64,000 nt of DNA, taken from Spirochaetia bacterium. Lineage in GTDB: Bacteria; Spirochaetota; Spirochaetia; CAKZLE01. How positions within the stretch are numbered: position 1 is the stretch's first letter; the number at the start of each line of letters is the position of its first letter. The position numbers and the translations under genes are program-made. Shown piece by piece: positions 8,388 to 17,620 of this stretch. The stretch covers positions 3,744,001 through 3,808,000 of the forward strand of contig OY782041.1 in assembly GCA_963677595.1 (NCBI GenBank), in the 5' to 3' direction. Below the pieces are notes generated by a model. It had not been told where the DNA came from. It did no database searches and worked only from the letters and a program-made list of their open reading frames with translations.

Positions 8388-9729
8388 GCTTCTCATACAA
8401 TCTCACTGCGATTACCAGCAGCCGCTCCTTCGTGTTGTTCGACGGGTCATCAAGCACCGTGTCGAGCAGTTCCTCGAGGATGTAGCCCAACTGCGGCCCC
8501 GGCTTGATGCCTGCACTGATGAGGTCCCTGCCGGAGACGGCCAGGTCCTTCACGGTGAAGGCGGCATCAGCCTCCAGGACTGATTCGATCCGATCCCTGA
8601 ACTCGAGCAGCAGGGGGTCGTTCGTGCGTAGGCCTGCAGTCCCGTAGGAATCAGCCGCACGCAGGAGAAAGAGCTCCTCGAGGTACTCGACCCCGGTCTT
8701 CGCGACGAACCGCCTCACGGCTGCATCGCCCCATTCAGGGGTGTAACCGAACATGTGGGCACCGATGAGGTGCACGATCCGCTCCCGTTCGGAGTTCGAG
8801 AACTTCAGCCGCCTGAGCAACGTGTCTGCAAGCTCTGCCGAATACCGTTCATGGAGGTAGAAGGTGGGTACCCCGTCATCCCCGATCTCGCGGGCTTGCA
8901 CCTTCCCGATGTCGTGGAGGAGGGCAGCCCACCGTACGGTGAGGTTATCAGCAGGGGCCCCGTCGCAGGAGAGGATGCCGTGGCGGCATATATCGAGCCG
9001 GTGGGCCCCTTTCTGCTCGATACCATCCCCGTCAGCAAGTTCTGGGAGGATGACTTTGAGCAGCCCGTCGGAGAGCATGGCCAGCAGGCCGATCGAGGGA
9101 CGTGCCGAGCTGAGCATCTTGTTGAGTTCCTCGCGTATCCGCTCTGCCGAGACTCCGGCGACCTGATCTGACAGTGCTGATGCGGCCGCCCTGGTCGACT
9201 CCTCGAAGTGGAATCCCAGGACTGCCGTGAACCGGTAGCCGCGCAGGATCCGCAGGCTGTCCTCGCCAAACCGCTCATAGGGATCCCCGATCGCCCGGAT
9301 GATCCCGGCTGACAGGTCCTCTATCCCATGGTGTTCATCGATGACCGTGCCGTCAGCCGTATCCACAGCTAAGGCGTTGATCGTGAAATCCCTCCGGGAG
9401 AGGTCCTCAGAGAGGTTAGTGACGAAGGTGACCGCATCCGGGTGACGATGGTCCTGGTAGCCTTCCTCGGTCCGGAAGGTGGTGACCTCGAAATGGTTCC
9501 CCTTATAGATGACCGTCACCGTGCCGTGGCCGATCCCGGTCGGGATGACGTGGCGGAATATCCTGCACATCTCATCCGGCGTGGCATCGGTGGTGAAGTC
9601 GTAATCCGAGTTCGGGCAGCCTCGCAGGTGGTCGCGTACGGCACCCCCCACGATATAGAGGCTGAAGCCGTTTCTATGGAACAGGGAGGCGAATTCTGAA
9701 ATGATCGGTTGTATCCTGATTCTTCTCAC
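8371..9729 (-). CDS. cca: CCA tRNA nucleotidyltransferase with HD domain
   Basis: VGGAVRD..DYDF, EVTTFRTEEGY, DLSRRDFTINA, EDSLRILR, LLHDIGK. Confidence 0.92.
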   Translation of the reverse strand: MRRIRIQPIISEFASLFHRNGFSLYIVGGAVRDHLRGCPNSDYDFTTDATPDEMCRIFRHVIPTGIGHGTVTVIYKGNHFEVTTFRTEEGYQDHRHPDAVTFVTNLSEDLSRRDFTINALAVDTADGTVIDEHHGIEDLSAGIIRAIGDPYERFGEDSLRILRGYRFTAVLGFHFEESTRAAASALSDQVAGVSAERIREELNKMLSSARPSIGLLAMLSDGLLKVILPELADGDGIEQKGAHRLDICRHGILSCDGAPADNLTVRWAALLHDIGKVQAREIGDDGVPTFYLHERYSAELADTLLRRLKFSNSERERIVHLIGAHMFGYTPEWGDAAVRRFVAKTGVEYLEELFLLRAADSYGTAGLRTNDPLLLEFRDRIESVLEADAAFTVKDLAVSGRDLISAGIKPGPQLGYILEELLDTVLDDPSNNTKERLLVIAVRLYEKLTLSE

Positions 9730-9735
9730 TCTTGA

Positions 9736-9800
9736 AACCTATACATTGTCTAGGATTATTGTCAATACTCATTGAAAATTAATTGCTAAATAGCTATATT
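9736..9800. promoter_or_regulatory. Divergent sigma70-like promoters for cca (minus) and ileS (plus)
   Basis: Minus: TTGACA (9765-9760), 18 nt, TAGGTT (9741-9736). Plus: TTGAAA (9772-9777), 17 nt, TATATT (9795-9800). Confidence 0.6.
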
Positions 9801-9901
9801 TAGTCATACCTGCATGATCCGTCGGCATCGTATCCCAAAACAGTCCGGTCTCGATCATTGAAGAAGTATATACTGCATGTGCATAACGTTAGGAGGGTAT
9901 T

Positions 9902-12900
9902 GTGTATAGACCTGTAGACAGCAAAGTGAACTTCCCCAAGATGGAAGAAGCGATAATCGATTTCTGGAAGGAGCATGACATCTTCCAGAAGTCCATAGAT
10001 ACCCGTGATGAGGAGGGCGAGTTCGTGTTCTATGACGGCCCCCCCTTCGCCACCGGGCTGCCCCATTTCGGCCATTTCGTCCCGGGGACCATCAAGGATG
10101 TGATCCCCCGCTACCAGACGATGAAGGGCAGGCGCGTCAGGCGCCGGTTCGGCTGGGACTGCCACGGGCTGCCGGTCGAATACGAGATGGAGAAGACCCT
10201 CGGGATCTCAGGCAAGAGCCAGATCGAGGAGTACGGGATCGCGGAGTTCAATGAGAAGTGCCGGTCCATCGTGCTCCGCTATACCCAGGAATGGGAGCAG
10301 ATCGTCACCAGGATGGGACGATGGGTCGACTTCGAGCATGACTACAAGACCATGGACCCCGACTTCATGGAGTCGATCTGGTGGGTGTTCAAGACGCTCT
10401 TCGAGAAAGGGCTCGTCTATGAGGGGTACAACATCATGCCCTTCAGCCCCGCGCTCGCGACCCCGCTATCGAACTTTGAGGTGAACCTCGGGGGCTACAA
10501 GGATGTCGTGGATCCCGCGATCACGGTACGCTTCGCCGTCAAGGACCAGCCTGACACCTACCTCCTGGCGTGGACGACCACACCCTGGACCCTGCCGTCT
10601 AACCTCGCGCTCGTCCTCGGTCCGGACCTTGAGTACGTGAAGCTCAAGGATGGTGATGAGTACTACATCATGGGTAAGAAGGCCGTTCCCTCCTACTTCA
10701 AGAACGAGGAGGAGTATGAGATCGTCGAGACCTACCTCGGCCATGAACTGGTCGGTATACAGTACGAGCCGCTCTTCCCCTATTTCGCCGACATGGCAGC
10801 CCAGGGTGCCTTCAGGACCTTCAACGGTGACTACGTCACCGACGATGACGGCTGCGGCATCGTGCATACCGCTCCCGGCTTCGGTGAGGATGACTACAAT
10901 GTGCTCAAGGGCACCGGCATTCCGGTCGTCTGCCCGGTCGACCTCGAGTGCAAGTTCACCTATGAGGTGCCTGACTACGAGGGTACCTTCGTCAAGGATG
11001 CCGATAAGGCGATCATCGCGCGGCTGAAGGAAGAGGGCAAGCTCGTAAAACGTGAGAACTACAACCACAGCTACCCCTTCTGCTACCGGACGAAGAAACC
11101 TCTTATCTACCGGGCGATCTCCTGCTGGTTCGTCGATGTCCAGAAGATCAAGGACAAGATGCTCAACGCGAACGACCAGATCAAGTGGGTGCCCTCGCAC
11201 CTGCAGAAGGGACGGTTCGGCAAGTGGCTCGAAGGGGCCCGTGACTGGGCGATCAGCCGGAACCGGTACTGGGGCAACCCCATCCCGATCTGGAAGTCCG
11301 ACAGCTCGGATTATATCGAGGTGATCGGCTCGAGGGAGGAACTCGAGCAGAAGTGCGGTAAGAAGATTGACGACCTGCACAAGCATTTCGTCGATGACCT
11401 GACCTGGCCGAGCCCGGACGGGAAGGGGACGATGCGAAGGATCCCCGATGTGCTCGACTGCTGGTTCGAGTCAGGGTCCATGCCCTATGCACAGAGCCAT
11501 TACCCCTTCGAGAACAAGGGACTCATCGAGAACCACTTCCCCGCAGACTTCATCTGCGAGGGACTCGACCAGACACGAGGCTGGTTCTACACCCTCACGA
11601 TCCTCGCTGCCGCGCTCTTCGATTCGCCGGTGTCGATGAACATCGTCACCAACGGCCTCGTCCTGGCCGAGGACGGGAAGAAGATGTCGAAGTCCGAGCG
11701 GAACTACTCGGACCCGATGGAAGTCATCAACAACTTCGGTGCTGATGCACTCAGGTTCTTCCTCATGGATTCAGCCGTCGTGCGTGCGGAGGACCTCAAG
11801 TTCTCCGATGACGGGGTCAAGGAGGTGCTCAAGAACCTCATCATCCCGATGTGGAACGCCTACAGCTTCTTCATCACCTATGCCAACATCGACGGCTATG
11901 AGTCCCCTGAGAAGAAGGTCGACTATACCCCTGACAACCCCTTGGACCAGTGGATCCTCTCCGAGTCAGAGGCGTTAATCCATGACATCACGGAATACCT
12001 CGATGATTACGACATCCAGAAGGCCTGCTCGCCGATCATGAAGTTCATCGACCTGCTCAATAACTGGTACATCAGGCGGTCGAGACGGAGGTTCTGGAGA
12101 TCAGAGAACGACAATGACAAGACACAGGCCTATGATACGCTCTATACGGTGCTCATGAAGTTGATCGAGGTAGCTGCCCCGATCATCCCCTTCATCACCG
12201 AGGAGATGTACCAGAACCTCAAGACTGACTCCATGGCTGAGTCGGTCCACCTGCAGGATTACCCCATCTATAATGAGGCGCTCCGTGATTTCGCCCTCGA
12301 GAAGAAGATGGCCGTGACGCGACAGGCAGTCACCATGGGACGTGCCCTGCGGGCAACCCACTCACTGAAGACACGGCAGCCGCTCAAGGCGATCTACCTC
12401 GTGACGCGGGATGAGGAGGAACTGCAGATCCTAAAAGATATGGAAGGCATCATCGCCGAGGAGCTGAACGTCAAGAACGTCGTCTACCGGGAGAACGAGG
12501 AAGACCTCGTGACCTATACCGCGAAGGCGAACTTCAAGGTCCTGGGCAGGCAGCTCGGGAAGCATATGAAGGAGGTCGCAGGCCTCATCGAGGGATTCGA
12601 CGGGGATACGATCTCCGCGATCCTCAGCGGCGGGGTGGAGACGGTCCACTACAAGGAAGGGAACATCAACATCAGCGAGGAGGCCATCGTCGTCCAGCGT
12701 TCCGAGAAGGCCAATATGAAGGTCTTCAACGAGGGGAACCTGACCGTAGGCCTTGACAGCGAGATGACCGAGGAGCTGCTGCTCGAGGGTATCGCCCGCG
12801 ATATCATCCGGTCGATCCAGAACCAGAGGAAGGAGTCGGGCCTCGAGGTCACCGACCGGATCACGCTGAAGCTCAGCGGTGACGAGATGGTCACCAGGGC

Positions 12901-13024
12901 TGCGGCTGATTTCGCCGAATATATCTGCAGCGAGACGCTTGCCCAATACGGCGAGCTTGCTGAAGAGGGGGTCTCCGTGGATCTCGGAGACCGACTCGTA
13001 CAGATCGCTCTCAGGAAGGCCTAG
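9902..13024 (+). CDS. ileS: Isoleucine-tRNA ligase, type 2
   Basis: DGPPFATGLPHFGH, GWDCHGLP, WTTTPWTLPSN, KMSKS; 1040 aa with a type-2-like C-terminus. Confidence 0.98.
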   Translation: MYRPVDSKVNFPKMEEAIIDFWKEHDIFQKSIDTRDEEGEFVFYDGPPFATGLPHFGHFVPGTIKDVIPRYQTMKGRRVRRRFGWDCHGLPVEYEMEKTLGISGKSQIEEYGIAEFNEKCRSIVLRYTQEWEQIVTRMGRWVDFEHDYKTMDPDFMESIWWVFKTLFEKGLVYEGYNIMPFSPALATPLSNFEVNLGGYKDVVDPAITVRFAVKDQPDTYLLAWTTTPWTLPSNLALVLGPDLEYVKLKDGDEYYIMGKKAVPSYFKNEEEYEIVETYLGHELVGIQYEPLFPYFADMAAQGAFRTFNGDYVTDDDGCGIVHTAPGFGEDDYNVLKGTGIPVVCPVDLECKFTYEVPDYEGTFVKDADKAIIARLKEEGKLVKRENYNHSYPFCYRTKKPLIYRAISCWFVDVQKIKDKMLNANDQIKWVPSHLQKGRFGKWLEGARDWAISRNRYWGNPIPIWKSDSSDYIEVIGSREELEQKCGKKIDDLHKHFVDDLTWPSPDGKGTMRRIPDVLDCWFESGSMPYAQSHYPFENKGLIENHFPADFICEGLDQTRGWFYTLTILAAALFDSPVSMNIVTNGLVLAEDGKKMSKSERNYSDPMEVINNFGADALRFFLMDSAVVRAEDLKFSDDGVKEVLKNLIIPMWNAYSFFITYANIDGYESPEKKVDYTPDNPLDQWILSESEALIHDITEYLDDYDIQKACSPIMKFIDLLNNWYIRRSRRRFWRSENDNDKTQAYDTLYTVLMKLIEVAAPIIPFITEEMYQNLKTDSMAESVHLQDYPIYNEALRDFALEKKMAVTRQAVTMGRALRATHSLKTRQPLKAIYLVTRDEEELQILKDMEGIIAEELNVKNVVYRENEEDLVTYTAKANFKVLGRQLGKHMKEVAGLIEGFDGDTISAILSGGVETVHYKEGNINISEEAIVVQRSEKANMKVFNEGNLTVGLDSEMTEELLLEGIARDIIRSIQNQRKESGLEVTDRITLKLSGDEMVTRAAADFAEYICSETLAQYGELAEEGVSVDLGDRLVQIALRKA

Positions 13025-13040
13025 AGAGCAGGGAGCAGCT

Positions 13041-13904
13041 ATGAAGAGGTTTCTCGCAGCCTGCGGTGCTGCGGTCCTGCTGCTGGCAGGTTGTACCCAT
13101 ACCACCCCGTTCACCGACGATCACTACTTCAGGGCGCTCGGGGAGAAGAACGAGGTCGTCTTCACCGTCGATGTGGAGGGGGCCCGTGAGATCCTCGATG
13201 CAGCGGACGGTGAGGGGACGCTTGGGGGGCTTGACCCCATCCTCGAACGTTCGGGGAGGATATCGTTGGCCATGGACCCCTCTGCTGCGGATGGGATTCC
13301 AGTCTTCTACGGCGGTATCGAGGGTAACTTCGGCAAGGTCGTGACCGATACAGCGCTCAGCTTCAGCGGGGACTTCGACAAAGACGAAAGCGGGGCGGTT
13401 CCGTTCTACCGGAGCAGCTCGGCTGGACTGGACGTGAAGGTGCCGCAGAGCGGGCTCGTCCTCTTCTCGAACGATGATATCGAGAAGGTCTACCGGAAGA
13501 CCTACCGTGAGCGGGAGCTCTTCATCCCCTATGACGTATCGCAGCGCATGGCGGAGAGCCTCTTCGGCATCTATATGGAGAAACCCCACGATATAGGGTT
13601 CCTGACCGACCAGATCCCGGAGGCCATGCTCCTGAGCATGAACTCCATCTGGCTGGTGTTAAACGGGGTAAAGGATGACTACCGGGTCTCCGGCGTGCTG
13701 CTGCTCAGCACGGAGCAGGCTTCGCGGGTGCTCGGCACGACGCTACGGCTCAACTACCTGAAGACGATCCGGAAACTGGAAGTCCCCATCGAGGGATGGA
13801 AGGAACATATTGACGAGGACGGGAAGACCATCACGCTTGCCGGGATGTACATCAGCAACGAGGAGGTCTATGACCTGCTCAGCACTGTCCTCGATTCTAT
13901 CTGA
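13041..13904 (+). CDS. Lipoprotein of unknown function, possibly TP0453-like
   Basis: MKRFLAACGAAVLLLAG-C lipobox; GGGAG ribosome-binding site before ATG 13041. Family suggestion rests only on recalled synteny with ileS and size. Confidence 0.8.
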   Translation: MKRFLAACGAAVLLLAGCTHTTPFTDDHYFRALGEKNEVVFTVDVEGAREILDAADGEGTLGGLDPILERSGRISLAMDPSAADGIPVFYGGIEGNFGKVVTDTALSFSGDFDKDESGAVPFYRSSSAGLDVKVPQSGLVLFSNDDIEKVYRKTYRERELFIPYDVSQRMAESLFGIYMEKPHDIGFLTDQIPEAMLLSMNSIWLVLNGVKDDYRVSGVLLLSTEQASRVLGTTLRLNYLKTIRKLEVPIEGWKEHIDEDGKTITLAGMYISNEEVYDLLSTVLDSI

Positions 13905-13922
13905 TTATACGAGGAGACGGGT

Positions 13923-14147
13923 ATGCCCACATATGATTATAGATGCAGCAGCTGCGCATATGAGTTCGAGGAATTCCAGATGATGCAGGATGACCCGCTC
14001 GAGGAGTGCCCCAAATGCGGCGGCCCGGTCAAGCGGTTGATCGGCGGCGGACTCGGGGTGATCTTCAAGGGGAGCGGGTTCTATGTCACTGACAACAAGG
14101 CCAGCAACAGCGCCGCTCCCTCTGAAGGGAAGCAGGACCCTGCCTGA
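13923..14147 (+). CDS. FmdB-family zinc-ribbon protein
   Basis: MPTYDYRC..C..EFE...CPKCGG...FKGSGFYVTD. Confidence 0.93.
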   Translation: MPTYDYRCSSCAYEFEEFQMMQDDPLEECPKCGGPVKRLIGGGLGVIFKGSGFYVTDNKASNSAAPSEGKQDPA

Positions 14148-14153
14148 GAGGTA

Positions 14154-15335
14154 CTAATAGAGAAAGTCGAAGCGTTCGCAGTTCTTAGCAGCCTCTTCGA
14201 GCAGTTCCTCGATCCCGAGCTTATCGAACGAGGCTGTCAATGCGTCCTTGTCCGGCCTCACGAGCGGGTGTTTCGGAGAGAAGATCGTGCAGCAGTCCTC
14301 ATAGGGGAGGATCGAGGTCTGGAAAGTCCCGATATCCCTCGCAGTCTGGATGATCTCCTCCTTGTCGAGGCCGATCAGGGGCCTGAAGACCGGTATCTTC
14401 GAGGCGCTGTCGGTGAAGGTGATACTCTCGAGTGTCTGGGAGGCTACCTGGCTGAGTGATTCTCCGGTCACCAGGGCGGAAGCCCTCACAACTTCCGCGA
14501 CCATGTTCGCGATCCTGACCATGCAGTAGCGCATCAGCAGCGTCGTCTCCTCGGCATTCGAGTGGGAGTTTATATGGAGCTGGGCCTTCGTGAACGGCAC
14601 GACGAACAACCGTGTACCGTTGAGGTAGGGTGAGATGAGCTTCGCGAGGTCCTTTACCTTCTGCAGCGCCTCATCGGATGTGTAGGGATAGGTATGGAAA
14701 TAGATCGCGTCCTGGCGAAGTCCCCGCTTTGCCATCCGGTACCCGGCGATCGGGGAGTCGATCCCGCCTGAGAGCAGCAGGAGACCCTTCCCGGCAACAC
14801 CGACGGGCAGGCCGCTTGGTCCCTTGTGCGAACCGGCAGAACAGTAGATATAGGCTTTGTCTCGGATCTCCACGCTGACGGTGACCTCCGGAGCCTTCAC
14901 GTCCACGCGGCTGTTGGGGTAGGCGTCGAGGATATCGCCGCCTAACTCGCAGGCGATCCCGTAGGAATCGAGGGGGAAGGACTTGTCTGCACGGCGGGCA
15001 AGCACTTTGAAGCTCTTCGGGGTATCGAAGACGCCTTCGGTCAATGCTACTGCAGCTTCCCGTATCAGGTCGAACTCCTTGGGCAGCTGGAGCGCCTTCG
15101 AGAAGCCGACGATCCCGGGAGTGGTCTCGAGGGCCCGGAAGACGTTCTCTTCGGCTGATTCGCCTGTATTCACCTCAAGGAAGAACCGGCCCTTCTGGAT
15201 CCTGAAGGAGGGCTTCAGGCCTTTCAGCTTCCGTTTGATGTTGTTCTTCAGTCGCTTCTCGAAGAAGGCCCGGTTTTCGCCCTTCAGGCATATCTCTCCG
15301 AGCTTTATCAGGTACAGTTGTCGTTCTTGCTTCAT
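14154..15335 (-). CDS. thiI: tRNA 4-thiouridine(8) synthase ThiI, short form without rhodanese domain
   Basis: GEICLKGENR, THUMP domain, PP-loop LLSGGIDSP, TGESLSQVASQTL, YEDCC. Confidence 0.96.
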   Translation of the reverse strand: MKQERQLYLIKLGEICLKGENRAFFEKRLKNNIKRKLKGLKPSFRIQKGRFFLEVNTGESAEENVFRALETTPGIVGFSKALQLPKEFDLIREAAVALTEGVFDTPKSFKVLARRADKSFPLDSYGIACELGGDILDAYPNSRVDVKAPEVTVSVEIRDKAYIYCSAGSHKGPSGLPVGVAGKGLLLLSGGIDSPIAGYRMAKRGLRQDAIYFHTYPYTSDEALQKVKDLAKLISPYLNGTRLFVVPFTKAQLHINSHSNAEETTLLMRYCMVRIANMVAEVVRASALVTGESLSQVASQTLESITFTDSASKIPVFRPLIGLDKEEIIQTARDIGTFQTSILPYEDCCTIFSPKHPLVRPDKDALTASFDKLGIEELLEEAAKNCERFDFLY

Positions 15336-15338
15336 TTC

Positions 15339-16499
15339 TTACCTCAGCTTGCCCATCTGTCTGAGCACATTGCCAATAACTTCTATCATACCTCGCGAGG
15401 CAGTTTCAATATCCTTTTGGGAAAGTTCCGGCCCGAAGGAGATGCGGATCAGTGAGTCTGCCGTCTTCTGCTCGATACCGCTCTGTAAGAGTACCCGCTG
15501 GAGTTTCTTCCTGTTCTTCGATGAACAGGCTGATCCCGTGGAGATGCAGATGCCGTGATCGTTGAGTATCCGGGCTGTGACCTCGGCAGGGAGATCCCGT
15601 ACAGCGACGCAGAGAATGTATGGAGAGCGTTCGGCAGCTAACTCAGGAAAGGAGAAGAGCGGGGATTCCCGCAGGATGCCAGCCATGCGCGCGTTGAGTC
15701 CCTGTACATGGCTAAGGTTGCCCTGAAGGCTCACATGGTAGGTTTGCGCAGCTGCGAGGAAGGCTGCCAGGGAGGGGAGGTCCTCCGTCCCGGGGCGGAT
15801 CCCGTTCTCCTGCCCCCCGCCGGGGGAGAGGACAGTGATCGCCTTCCTGCAGTAGAGCAGTCCTGTACCCTTCGGTCCCTGGAGCTTGTGCGCGCTGAAC
15901 GAGGCGGAATCGACATAGGGTATATAGGTGCCAGGCGGGATCTTCCCGAAGGACTGGACACTATCGGCGTGCAGGTGGATCGTCGCATGGTTTCGATAGG
16001 CGTAGTCATCGATCACCGCCCGGATGCCCGCTAACGGCTCGATGGTGCCGAGTACGTTGTTGACCGTCATGACCAGCACGAGGGCGGTCTCCCTGCGCAG
16101 GTGGGCCTTGAGTGCTTCCGGTGTGATCACTCCCCCTGGAGCGGGGAGGATGGTCACGTCGTGGCCTGCCTGCACGAAAGCCTGCTGGTACTCGAAGATG
16201 GCCGGGTGCTCGATCCCGGACATGATGACATGGATCTTTCTCCGTTTCCGAAGGAAGAACTCACAGACCAGGGCATTGGATTCCGTGCCGCCGGAGGTGA
16301 AGTAGAGTTGGGCCTCCCTGACTGAGAGCAGCCTGGCGAACTCCTTCCTGATCGAAGCGAGCAGGGAGTGGGCCACCTTACCCGGTGTATGGAGGGAGGA
16401 GGGGTTGCCGTAGCACTCGTGTGCAGTGATGGTATAGGCTTCCAGGGCCGTCTCCGACATAGGTGTCGTGGCAGCCCAGTCAAGGTAGATCTGGTTCAT
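15339..16499 (-). CDS. iscS: Cysteine desulfurase (IscS/NifZ type), likely sulfur donor for ThiI
   Basis: IYLDWAATTP, GNPSSLH, TSGGTESN, SAHKLQGPKG, STGSACSS; directly upstream of thiI, as in the Bacillus nifZ-thiI arrangement. Confidence 0.92.
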   Translation of the reverse strand: MNQIYLDWAATTPMSETALEAYTITAHECYGNPSSLHTPGKVAHSLLASIRKEFARLLSVREAQLYFTSGGTESNALVCEFFLRKRRKIHVIMSGIEHPAIFEYQQAFVQAGHDVTILPAPGGVITPEALKAHLRRETALVLVMTVNNVLGTIEPLAGIRAVIDDYAYRNHATIHLHADSVQSFGKIPPGTYIPYVDSASFSAHKLQGPKGTGLLYCRKAITVLSPGGGQENGIRPGTEDLPSLAAFLAAAQTYHVSLQGNLSHVQGLNARMAGILRESPLFSFPELAAERSPYILCVAVRDLPAEVTARILNDHGICISTGSACSSKNRKKLQRVLLQSGIEQKTADSLIRISFGPELSQKDIETASRGMIEVIGNVLRQMGKLR

Positions 16500-16579
16500 A
16501 TCATCCTATCATGCCCTGATTGGTGCAAATATGCAACTACCTGGTTGAACAATACGGCCCTATGCCGTATAACCACAGT

Positions 16580-17620
16580 ATGGAATGCAGTTGTACATTG
16601 AACGGATACACCACAGTGGTCAGGAGCTCCTCACTTGCAGAGATCGTGACCGATGATGAACACAGGATCTTCATCACCGATGAGAACGTGGCGCATCTGC
16701 TGCCGTCTTCGGCAACAGATGCGATTCTCGTACTCCCTGCCGGGGAGGCCCACAAGCGTTGGGAGAGCATCGAGCGGATCATCACCTTCGCCCTGGACCA
16801 TGGGCTCGGGCGCGACTCGGTGTTCATCGGGATCGGCGGGGGAGTCATCTGCGACATGGCTGCCTTCGCTGCCTCGATCTATATGCGGGGCGTGGAGGTC
16901 GAGCTCGTACCGACCACGCTGCTCTCGATGGTCGATGCCTCTGTCGGGGGTAAGACCGGGGCCGACTTCACGAAGGTGAAGAATATCATCGGGACCTTCC
17001 ATCCAGCACGTACCGTCCATATCTGCACCGACACGCTATTCGCCCTGAGTGACGCAGAGTACCTGAACGGGCTCGCTGAAGTTATCAAGCACGGCCTGCT
17101 TGAAGGCGGGGAACTCCTTTCCATCGTCTCGGAACATATCGATGCGCTCAAGGGGCGTAGAGACCGGGAGATGATGGAGCGTATGATCTTCGACTCGATC
17201 CTGGTGAAGAAGCACTTCATCGAGGCAGACCCAAAGGAGCAGCTCGGCCAACGGGCCAAGCTCAACCTCGGGCACACCTTCGGCCATGCCCTGGAGACCA
17301 TCTCCGGCTTGAGTACCTGGTCGCATGGGGCAGCAGTGGCCTGGGGAGTGGTCCGTGCGGCAGAGGCCGCGGAGATCATGGGATTCAACGATCATGCATA
17401 CGTTGCCTTTGTCACTGCACTCTACCGGGACTACGGCTTCGATATAGACTACCGCATCGCAGAAGGGGAGCTGGACGAGTACCTGAGGGTAGTCTCCCAT
17501 GACAAGAAGAAACGCTCAGGCACCGTGCAGTTCATCCTGCAGCGAGGCGTGGGGGATACCTTCCTCACGCCGGTACCGCAGGAGACCATCGCACAGGTCG
17601 TCAGTACTTCTCGAAGATAG
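16580..17620 (+). CDS. aroB: 3-dehydroquinate synthase
   Basis: GGGVICD, PTTLLSMVDASVGGKTG, LNLGHTFGHALE, HGAAVAWG, DKK; ATG 16580 preferred. Confidence 0.95.
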   Translation: MECSCTLNGYTTVVRSSSLAEIVTDDEHRIFITDENVAHLLPSSATDAILVLPAGEAHKRWESIERIITFALDHGLGRDSVFIGIGGGVICDMAAFAASIYMRGVEVELVPTTLLSMVDASVGGKTGADFTKVKNIIGTFHPARTVHICTDTLFALSDAEYLNGLAEVIKHGLLEGGELLSIVSEHIDALKGRRDREMMERMIFDSILVKKHFIEADPKEQLGQRAKLNLGHTFGHALETISGLSTWSHGAAVAWGVVRAAEAAEIMGFNDHAYVAFVTALYRDYGFDIDYRIAEGELDEYLRVVSHDKKKRSGTVQFILQRGVGDTFLTPVPQETIAQVVSTSRR

